This document shows positions 54,610 through 64,000 of a stretch of 64,000 nt of DNA, one piece after another. Under the pieces are notes generated by a model. It did no database searches. It was not told the DNA's origin and worked only from the letters and a program-made list of their open reading frames with translations. This DNA comes from Vicugna vicugna (taxonomy: Eukaryota), in the NCBI GenBank assembly GCA_013265495.1, contig MU058221.1, positions 4,758,066 through 4,822,065 on the forward strand, in the 5' to 3' direction. Position 1 is the stretch's first letter, and every line of letters starts with the position of its first letter. The position numbers and the translations under genes were made by a program.

Positions 54610-57264
54610 ATATCCTTTTACGAGGCACCGAGGGAAAGCGTTGTTTGTGATGTTGTCATTTTGATTATTTTTAAGGACTGTATTCCTGAAGAGAAAAACT
54701 AACCTCCCAGTTATGTTAGTTGATTTGACCTTTTTCTAAAAGTGACTCAGTACTGAGATACAATTTCTGATTTCTTTCTCTGCGCTTTGACTGTTACATG
54801 AACCGTGCTGAGTAAGTGAAAGCTGACTTGCTCACCATCTTTAGTTCATTACCATCTGATTTTTTGTTGTAAGACAGTTTAGCCAGGTTATAAGTCTTCG
54901 GGAGGGTGCTTTCATACAAAAGAGGAAAATGCGAATCCAGACTAAAATCTGATTCGTTAACCGTAAGGAGGCTGTGCCTGTTTGCCGGCCCTGCGCTCTG
55001 CTACCTCGCCCGGTAGTGGGTGCAGTGGTGGGGAGGTGCGCATCGCACGGCTCCCTTCCCTTCTGCAGTCTCCTTCTCCAGAGAGAGGCGTTTCCCGCCC
55101 AGTCTCTGAGTAGGATCGCCTAAGGTCAGGTCCAGCTCTGATTCCTTTCCCGCTTTCGTGTCTGCTCGCCCTCCCAAGCCACCCCCACGGCCATTCCTGG
55201 CAGTTTTCCCTGCAGTCTCCAGGCGGGTACTAGCCCACCAGAGTAAGTAATTTTGTACTCAGTGCTTCTGGTTTCAAGTTATGAGTCGTTTTTCTAATTG
55301 TTCTGTTCTCATGTAAAGATTTCTGTGTTCATTACAATTTGAAGCAATTCAAGAGCTAATGACAACTTTCCTCCCTGCCAGACTTCACTCTGATTCCTTT
55401 GCTGGCCTCCTGGCAATCATAATTCAGCCTGAGGCTTACTTGAGGAAGAAACTGGTCTGGTGGTTTTCTTGTCCTACAGCTCCCATCCCATGTTCACAGT
55501 TCTTAATTTTCTGTTCAGGAATGTGGCCCTTTAGAGTTAGGAAAAGTAGAAACTAATAGAAGGTGAAAGATATGGAACCATCCCGAGAAATCAGAGTATC
55601 AGCCTGGTCTGAGCCAGTCTGGGGCACGTGCTGAACGAACAGGAACCCACGCTCCTCTCTCCTAAATGCAGGGGACACTGAAAGCAAAATCAAGAATACA
55701 GTGCTTGTGCTTTGCTTTTTTTTTTAAACAGAATATGAGAACCCAAATGGGCCAAGAATACTTTAGCCTTTGAGTCACTTTGCGTTTTGTATAAAAGAAT
55801 CCTGCAACAATACCCAGAAGAGTTACGCTTGACCCACGCTTCTCCCCATCTTCACGCAGAAGCTACTAGGCAGCTCGTTTAAAACCACGCTGTTACCCTG
55901 CACGTTTTCAGCAAGGTCAAGGGCCTCTAGTGAAATTAGTATCCATTCAGTAGACTGTCTCACATCATCTACATCCGTTTTTGTGAGGTTTTTAGAAGTC
56001 TTTGGTTACCAGGAGATTAAATGAGGCAAAACACAAGAATGAGAGAAGGCATCTGTTGCATATTAGATTCCTAACAGGAATCACCATTAAGTTCTAGAAA
56101 GCAGAATGCTGACACAGCGGTTATCCTGGAAACACGTTGATTTTCCAGGTATTCCGAGTGCCGCTATGTGCTAATTCTGTTTGTCATGAGAGCCTCAAAA
56201 CCACCCCGCCTTTTTTTTTTTTAACTACTTTGATGGAATTCTTCCCAAAGTGCACTTTTCATAGCATCACTTTCTGTAGAACCTAAGCCACCGTCATGAA
56301 TCTGGGGGGCTTCCTGTCCCCACAGGACTCCTGAACCATCCTCTGAAGAACCAGGAAGCCAGCCCAAAATTCACCCGCCTCGTATAGCTGCTCTGTTGGC
56401 TGCTTTGAAAGAAAAGTCTCTCCTGCTGCAATATCTGGCCCCTCCTGCACACTCACACTCGCCTCTGAGGAGCAAACAATGTTGCCCTCGTGAGTTTGGG
56501 CAGCTGTTTGCTCCTCAGGACCGTCTTCAGTTTCACTCACGTGCAGGTGTTTTAAGATAATCGAGGCTGCTGGAAATTTGATTTCTTGATAAACATGCTG
56601 TTAACTCTGTCCATTTATACAAGAAATTCAAATCTGGTTTTCTGCTTAGCAGCAGCAGTTAAAAAAAAAAAAACTTGAGGACCGATTAAAACTGAAAGCC
56701 CAAAGGAGCCTTTTACTCCGGCATTTGAATTGTTTACAGTGTTCCCTTTCTCATCATAGATGGTCGGTGAGATTTGATTAGCCTGTATATTAGCACAGTG
56801 CTCACCAGATCTAAAAACTGATGCTTCTTATTTGTGGTTACTTCGACGTGAACGTATGTGGACTTCAGCTCTGAGATTAGGGCGAGGGACTGTCTGGCCC
56901 TGGGTGTCTGACCAGGCGAAGTCCCCGCCTCCACTGGGGACGCCCCTCTGGTCCTTGTAGCTGGAGCCCAGGAGGAAGCGCCTTTCCACCTGGAGAAGCT
57001 TTTTTTCTCTTTGAAAACACACACACGTTCACAAGATACACACGTACTATGCACACGCTCACACATGGCTTCATGTTTGAGTGTCTTTTTAAAGAGTTAA
57101 TAGCCATTATATGTACAGTTGTGACATTTGCATTCTAAATGAAATGTGCTATTTTAAAATGCTTATAATTTAGGAAACCTGCGTGCCTGTCTTGCCAGGG
57201 CTCAAGTGATTTTTTTTTTTCTTTCTGTGAAATACTTGAGTCCTTTTCTTAACTTTGGAGCCAT
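54610..57264 (+). other. KCMF1: U12-type (minor spliceosome) intron 4 with AT-AT termini
   Basis: 5' end ATATCCTTTT matches the U12 donor consensus RTATCCTTT; branch site TTTCTTAAC at 57245-57253; intron ends ...GGAGCCAT, 12 nt after the branch A; the join preserves the frame (RDL|DESSG). Confidence 0.92.
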
Positions 57265-57439
57265 GATGAATCGAGTGGTGTTCGACACGTACGTAGAATG
57301 TTCCACCCCGGCCGGGGCTTAGGAGGGCCCCGAGCTCGCAGGTCAAACATGCACTTTACCAGCAGCTCTGCTGGCGGCCTCTCTTCCTCTCAGAGCTCGT
57401 ATTCTCCAAGCAGCAGGGAAGCCATGGATCCTATAGCTG
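57265..57439 (+). CDS. KCMF1: KCMF1 coding exon 5
   Basis: 175 nt encoding DESSGVRHVRRMFHPGRGLGGPRARRSNMHFTSSSAGGLSSSQSSYSPSSREAMDPIA; GCTG|gtgagt donor. Not in the ORF track; translated by hand. Confidence 0.95.
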
Positions 57440-58168
57440 GTGAGTGAGTTTCGTGGCAGTGAAGGAGACGGCAGGGGGTGGGTGCTCCCTTTAGACAGTT
57501 TCGGTGGGATTTGTGTTCTCATCACGCTCCTGTGTTCCCTGACAGAATTCCCCTCAATTTTATAGGTATAAACCATGTTTACAGCAGGCCACATCAAGTG
57601 GTTCACAGCATCCTGGCATTTCTTTAAGTACTTTGAGGTGTAAGATAATAAGGGATGGCTCTATGTTCCATTGGTGGCCTCCAGAAACCCAAGAAACTCA
57701 TAAAAGATTTAAGAGTTAAAAGACCTCCAGAATTCCATGGTTCAGCCTCCCCACGTACACAGATGAGAAAACTAATCGACAGACTCATGGAAGAAAGTAA
57801 AGTAGGAACTTCTATCCTTGCCTCAATTTGAGAAGTTGATTGCTGTGGGACATACTGAAAAGTACATGTTTTAATAGCTTGGGGAAATCTTACTAAAGAA
57901 AACCGTCTGAACATGTAGTTCATAGCCAAGTCACTGGTCTAATGCATGGCCAACCTGGGAAGCCAGCAGCAGAGCACAAGGTTTGAGAGTCAAAATAAAA
58001 TGTCAGAAATCACGTTAGCTTGAGACTCTGAAAGACACACCAAGCACAGGCAGGCAGGAAGACTCCAGAAGCCCGTGCAGGTTCTGAAACACCCACAGTG
58101 CACCGTGTACCTGGAAGCCCTGAAAAGCTGATGAGTGTAAATCTGTGATGGAAAATAGGAACAGTGTT

Positions 58169-58299
58169 GAGGGGAGGGTATAGCTCAAGTGGTAGAGCAC
58201 ATGCTTAGCATGCATGAGGTCCTGGGTTCAATCCCCAGCACCTCGTCTAATAAATAAATAAATAAATAAACCTAATCTCCACCCCCCCCCAAAAGAAGG
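58169..58299 (+). mobile_element. Vic-1-like SINE, full length
   Basis: ggggagggtatagctcaagtggtagagcacatgcttagcatgcatgaggtcctgggttcaatccccagcacc, (TAAA)n; degenerate TSD taggaacagtgtt / taagaacaatgtt. Confidence 0.92.
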
Positions 58300-59483
58300 T
58301 AAGAACAATGTTAATCATAAAACCTCCCTTCAGATGTGAGGTACACATATAAAATCTTAATTCCAAATTCACTCTGGGTGTTTGCATGTGCAGTAAGCCT
58401 CAAAAAAACTGAGTTTTGGGAATTGGAAAAAATACTTCATCCAAAGGAAATATTTGCCTGCTGTCCTTTGTAGCAGGCTCTAAAAGTAATTTCTGGGAGC
58501 AAAATTCAAAACTGAGACGTTTTCTCTTTTTTTGTAAGTGAAGATCAGCTCGTGTTAGTGATGGACCGTATGAAAGAATGGTGTTAAGAACCCTGGGATG
58601 AAACAACAGTAGGCAGTAAAACAGAGACGTGTCCTGTTAATGAGTTTTAATGTGAAGTGTTTGCCAGCCTGGGAATGTCGGCGAGGTGACCGTCAGTTCC
58701 CTGTAAGCCAGGCAGACCTGCACCAGGGAGAAGGCGGTCACCGCACCTCACTTAGATGAGGGGCGGGGACAGGGATCCGCGGCCCCTGATGAGCCCAGCA
58801 TTATTCACACAGCAGAGTCTGGACTGTAACCGGCCACAGACGGGCTGTACAGGCAGGAGCCAGTCGGCCTCACTGGGCGTCACCAGCGGTCCTCCCTGCA
58901 GGCTGCTCTGGCGCTCAGGCAAAATACAAGAAAGCCCCAGAGAGAAGGCAGAGGGGGCGCTAGCATCACAGTTAGGAGTGATGCAGGCCTCCTGGGCTCG
59001 ATTCTGATAGTCGTTCAATCAGCAAATAAGTGTTGGAGCGTCTCCTACGTGTCAGGTGCTGTTCTAAGAACTGGGACTGTCCTAAACAGCAGGCTGGATC
59101 CCTGCTTTCAGGGAGCTCGTCTTGAGAGGGTTTATGTTCTGATTGGAGCGGCAGGTGAACCGCCGTAATCCACTAAAATACTCAGAGAAAGCGTATAGCT
59201 AAATTAGCTCATTAAGCAGACAACGTAAACAATTTGCTATGTTTTGCTTAAAAATAATTTATGTGAGCTAATATTCCTGAGTATTTGCCTTCCCCACCTG
59301 CAGCAGCGCCGGCCTCCAAGGGGGCGTTGTGAAGGGTGCTGCGCTCCGAGCCGAAAACTGAGCGTTGCCGCGGGCTACCTGCCCGTCGGTGATGGGTTTC
59401 GCGTCCCTCTGGTAGAAAGACCCGCGGCGTCTCGTCTTCCTCCTGCGCGAGCGGCCATTAACTGTCTCCGTTTCCGTTGGCAG

Positions 59484-59766
59484 AGCTTTTATCTCAGTTG
59501 TCAGGCGTGAGACGTTCTGCAGGAGGACAGCTTAACTCTTCTGGCCCTTCCGCTTCTCAGTTACAGCAGCTGCAGATGCAGCTGCAGCTGGAACGGCAGC
59601 ACGCCCAGGCCGCGCGCCAGCAGCTGGAGACCGCGCGCAACGCCACCCGGCGCTCCAACGCCAGCAGCGTCACCGCTGCGGTCACGCAGTCCACGGCGAC
59701 GGCCAGCACAGCCAACACGGACAGCAGTCAGCAGGCGCTGCAGAACTCCCAGTTCCTCTTAACAAG
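59484..59766 (+). CDS. KCMF1: KCMF1 coding exon 6 (Gln-rich coiled coil, Ser/Thr/Ala-rich)
   Basis: ttggcag|AG acceptor and ACAAG|gtagtc donor; 283 nt encoding (E)LLSQLSGVRRSAGGQLNSSGPSASQLQQLQMQLQLERQHAQAARQQLETARN...QNSQFLLT(R). Confidence 0.97.
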
Positions 59767-60192
59767 GTAGTCCGTTCGCGGGCGTAGCTCCGAGAAGCGC
59801 CGTGTGATGGGCACTGCGGCCGGGGCGGTCTCTTCTCTTTTGCGCTTACCGCTGTTCATCTGGGGTGAGCGGCTTGAGCAAAGATTTTGCCTTTGATTGA
59901 ACCACTAAAACTCACAGATCTCTAGTCAAAACTGCGTATTCAGTACTTCCTAAGAAATATGGAAAATAATCATTTATTTTAGGTAAGCTAGAAATGCTGA
60001 TGGCCCTGTTCTAACAATGTATCATCTTCTGATGTGAGTTTCTTTTTCCACGTGGCCTGTAAAACTTAAACACCCTATCATGCATACACGGGACATGTCT
60101 GTACATTTATTATCATAATCAACGTTGTCTTCTTATTGCCAGCTTCAGTCTGTGGTGGAATATTAAAAGATTTTATAACATGGTGGTGGGAC

Positions 60193-60362
60193 TTTTTTTT
60201 TAGGGTGAGATACTTTGTTCAATGTTAAATGTTATTTTTTTTTACCTTTTTTATTGAGTAATAGTCATTTTACAATGTGTCAAATTCTAGTGTAGAGCAC
60301 AATTTTTCAGTTATACGTGAACATACATATATTCATTGTCATTTTTTTTTTGCTGTGAGCTA
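60193..60362 (-). mobile_element. Short L1 3'-end insertion with two poly(A) tracts
   Basis: ttttattgagtaatagtcattttacaatgtgtcaaattctagtgtagagca...catacatatattcatt; TSD core ggtggtggg at 60182-60190 and 60363-60371. Confidence 0.7.
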
Positions 60363-63300
60363 GGTGGTGGGGTTTTAATTCCCAGGGTTAGCACACACCA
60401 AAGTAACGGTTTAAAAATGTGGTTCAGCACAGTGTGAAAAATATTTAGCACACACAGCAAGTGACCCTGGAGTAGAGTTCTTACTTCTGAAAGCTACCAT
60501 TAGCAACTGAATCTGATCCTCTGCTGAGACTTCATAGGCGTTTTATATGACTTTTAAAACTAAAAGCATTTTAGGAGGAGCAGGGGTGAGTAGACTTAGG
60601 TTTAATAGATAATGAATCTGGACTCATTTGAGCTTTTAATGGAATCGGAATATAAAGTAAAAACTGTAAAATGAAGAAGGAAATTGGTGTAATGTATCAG
60701 TTATCTCCAAAATGTAATGTGTGTGACAATTAGGAGGAAAGATTATTTCGATGTCTGTTTCTTTTGTCTCACACGTTGACGTGTCTCTGAGTGCAGTGGC
60801 ACGTGAGCATCGCTGTAAATAATGCTGTGGATGCAGAGTGACAGATGTCTGCAGACCCCACAGGCAGGACCCTTGTTGAGAGCCCCAGCCCTGCCACCTC
60901 CTAGTTGGGAGCTTAGGCACGTCACCGCACTGCCCCCGACCTCAGCCTTCTCGGGATCTCCCACGAGTTTTGCTGTTTGAGGAGGAAGTGGAACTCTGGT
61001 GTGCGTGTGGTCTGGCTGAGCTCCTGGCAGATGATGAAGGCCCTGTTAATGGTACTTATTGTCATTTGTCCTGGGTCTAAGGAGAAGGTTCAAGTGGGGG
61101 ATTTACCTTTGGATTACCTCTGCAGAGTGAGTAACTGTGACTGATTATTACCAGAAACTACTGCTTTGGCATAAATCACAGAGCCACAGGCGGACCCGCC
61201 CTTCTGCCACGTAACCTTACCTGTAGGGACTGGGCGGCAGCAGGCCTGGCGCTGGCCAGATCGGGGTGCCTGCCTCAGAAAGGAGCCCTGCCAGCTGTGT
61301 GCTGCGAGCTCACTGCCGTGTGGGTGCAGTGGATGTCTTGCCCCAGGGCCGTTTGGAAAAGACATCTTCCCAGCCTGCCCTGTTGTGGTTTTGTTTTTGT
61401 CTCCTGCACTCCAGACTTGGTGGGCCTCCTCTGGGACCTTTCCGTGTGCGGTTGTTCCACACCAGCCAGCAGCCAGCGGCCAGGGCCCAATGCGGCTGCC
61501 CTGAGCGCTTCCCTCGCATCCCGGCTTACCTCCTGGAAGGCTCCCTTCTGCCGTCCGGTGTCGTGCGTTGCACAGCACCTCGCAATTTGTAGACCCCTTT
61601 CCACATCTGCGTTGTATTCTTTGATCCTGACTCGTGGTTTTTCTAAGGCACTACTTCCCCCGAAATATTCCCTAGAACTTTATATATCCTAAGGAATATA
61701 GTTATTTACGTTCAGCTTTTTTTTTCCTCATGAATAAGTTGGGCAAAACTAAGTAACAAAAATAGTTTATTTACCCTGGGGCTTCTCAGAACTTCAGATA
61801 CATTATCGTGCGCGCTGTGAGTCCTCAAGGCAGCGAGGGCGGCTGCCATGTTTCCGAGGGAAGCCTTGCCCCGGCCGCACAGCTCTCCTGTGCGTTAAGC
61901 AGGCCTCAGGCTTCATCTTGGGGCTCCTCACCCAGGGCAACTCCTGTTCCTGTTGCCCTGGAACTGACGGTGGGACAGTTTCTTTGGGATCCAAAAATGG
62001 CTCCCCTTGTAGGAAGCAGTTGCATAAGCGCGTATGTCAGACTCCAGTCTTCAGGCAGCGGGGCCGGCTCGTTTCGCTGCCCAGTCTGGGGATCCTGACC
62101 GGCTTTGCTGCTACGCCTGGGTCCCGGGTGGAGTTTGGCCCTTCAGGAAGCCCAGCCCGAGTACCGATGTACCTGGTGGTACCTAGTACTGATCTGCCCC
62201 TCAGGAGGGAAACATTTTCTGTTATTTCCTAAAAATCAGAACAATAGTAGTAGAATTATGTGCTTTTCCAAAGGATGGGGGCCTCAGGCCGTGTGTCTCG
62301 GGTTTGCCTGCTGGCTGCAGACGGCCTTCTGCACTTCCTTTACAACAGGTGTGACTTCGGTTTGTTTCTCTTTTGGGGGCCTTTTCCAAAGCTCAGGACG
62401 TAGAATGCATTCATTTCTTAACACTTCGGAAGTTTTTGACTTGAGAATATTGCTCCGTCTCCTCTTTCATTAGAGACTCTCTTAAATTCTTAGTTTAGTT
62501 TCAATCATAAATGTCGTCAGTCACTTCCTTTGGCTTTTATGTCGTTACTTTCCAGATCCCTTTGGGTTCTTTCAGTTCTGAAACTTAGGTCTTTTGTTTT
62601 CCAGTCATAGATCTGGTCACTCCGTGGTTTTGAGCTCGATAGCTAGGCGATTCCTGAGCAAGTCCCTTAACCTCTCCCATTTCTTCTTCCTGTAAGTCAC
62701 TGATGATAATGAGCCGTAACTCGGAGGAGTCAAAAGAGAGAATCCACACAAAAGGCACTTAAAACAGAGCCTGGCCCATAGTGGGTGCCCAGTGTGCCTC
62801 TTCCCTTGTTGCTGTGGGACCCCGTGTCTTTCAGCACAGGGAGGGCAGCAGGGAACAGGTGCGGGCGGTGGGCGAGCGTGGGCTCCGCTGCCCCCGGCTC
62901 CTCTGGGAGAGGCACCTGTGGCGTTGCCTGCTGGGCCTCCTCCTGCTGTCACCGTCTTCTCCCTGTTTGTCACTTTTCCTGACCCCAGGGCTCCGACTAG
63001 TTTCCCTTTCTTTCTTTGCCACTAAAAATGTAGAGAAATAAAATTAGCACTGAAACTAAGTGGAATTTTGCGTCAGTCACTTAACAGGTTAGTAACAAGA
63101 ATTTAGCTCTTAACGTCTGTCTGGAATCTGCGGATGAACCGCTTCCCAGGGTGACACAGGCCTTGTACGTGCCTGTGTCAGACGAGCGAGCCGGTAAACC
63201 CTGGGTCACCCTGCTCCCGGGGTCCTTGGTGGGAGAAGGGCAGGCGTGTGAGTGTGCGCGCCCTCCCAGGCTTCTGGGCGTATCTTCATTTCACGAGGAA

Positions 63301-63731
63301 TTAGGTGGAAGTAACAGAGAAAAGCCAAAGGAAGAATGCTTTGCTTGCCTGTTCTAATCACTACAGATTTTGCTGCGATCGTGGCTGCTACTTTTCGGCT
63401 TTTTTCTATGCACCGCTGAGGTTCTGGTTCGAGAGACCGCTGCTCGCCCAGGCGTCTCATCTGGTAGAAATTCCGCTTTCCTTAGAAAAACTTTCACCAC
63501 GGTTTTCTCTAAAGAGAGTGTGAGAAGTGCAACTGTATTTTTTCTCACTGAATCTAACTAAAGCAGAGAGCACACCTCAGGGTAGCAGCACTGCTGCCAG
63601 TGTGGGGGACTCGTCCCGACGTAATTGAGGTGATAAATCAGAGCCTGAGTTCCGCCGCCTGTGAAGCAGCTGGCCGTGCCGTTGTTCACTGAAGTTTTAC
63701 CAATGAGGTCTTCTCTGCTTAATTCACGCAG

Positions 63732-63993
63732 GTTGAACGACCCTAAGCTGTCCGAAGCAGAGCGCCAGTGCATGGAGAGCGAGCGCGCGGACCGCAGCCT
63801 GTTCGTGCAGGAGCTGCTCCTGTCCACGCTGGTGCGCGAGGAGAGCTCGTCCTCGGACGAGGAGGAACGGGGGGAGATGGCAGATTTCGGTGCTATGGGC
63901 TGTGTAGATATTATGCCTTTAGATGTCGCTTTAGAAAACCTAAATCTGAAAGAGAGTAATAAAGGAAATGAGCCTCCACCACCTCCTCTTTGA
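63732..63993 (+). CDS. KCMF1: KCMF1 last coding exon 7 up to the stop codon
   Basis: cacgcag|G acceptor; encodes LNDPKLSEAERQCMESERADRSLFVQELLLSTL...KESNKGNEPPPPPL* with TGA at 63991-63993. Confidence 0.98.
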
Positions 63994-64000
63994 TGACACC

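Noticed and set aside
54610..54702. ORF read-through past exon 4 (ISFYEAPRES...) as an extended exon
   Set aside because: It runs into the U12 intron; KCMF1 similarity stops at RDL and resumes at 57265. It would only be translated if the intron were retained.
57209..57240. Poly-T tract followed by GAG as a conventional U2 acceptor for exon 5
   Set aside because: GAG is a poor acceptor, there is no matching GT donor at the end of exon 4, and the U12 signals explain the junction.
58172..58245. tRNA-Ala-like sequence with A and B boxes (also 42400-42472 and others)
   Set aside because: These carry A-rich tails and TSDs and occur as multiple diverged copies, so they are SINEs, not tRNA genes.
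59313..59326. Third CTCF-like motif CCTCCAAGGGGGCG upstream of exon 6
   Set aside because: Several mismatches to the core in a GC-rich context; too weak to call.
1..64000. A novel multi-gene biological system
   Set aside because: All coding signal is explained by KCMF1 exons and decayed L1. No second gene, ncRNA gene or foreign insert was supportable.

Overview
Mammalian genomic DNA, most likely camelid (six copies of a Vic-1-like tRNA-derived SINE). The window holds almost all of one + strand gene, KCMF1 (ZZ- and C2H2/Di19-type zinc-finger E3 ubiquitin ligase). It starts in the CpG island just downstream of exon 1 (the ATG exon is not in the window) and ends 7 nt after the stop codon. Coding exons 2-7 are 37922-38089, 41263-41402, 54508-54609, 57265-57439, 59484-59766 and 63732-63993 (1130 nt, frame intact; a 16-nt exon-1 contribution would give 381 aa). 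The rest is intron filled with L1, SINE, MIR/L2 and MER DNA-transposon relics, and nearly all ORF-track entries are spurious. No new biological system is evident. The most notable items are: (i) intron 4 is a minor-spliceosome (U12) intron with rare AT-AT ends and a tandem CAT/GAT acceptor; (ii) sharp GC3 mosaics inside exons 6 and 7 suggest GC-biased gene conversion beside possibly constrained synonymous blocks; (iii) an apparently perfect 595-bp tandem duplication in intron 3; (iv) a promoter-like GC island in intron 1, paired CTCF-like motifs, and several unusual retrotransposition structures.
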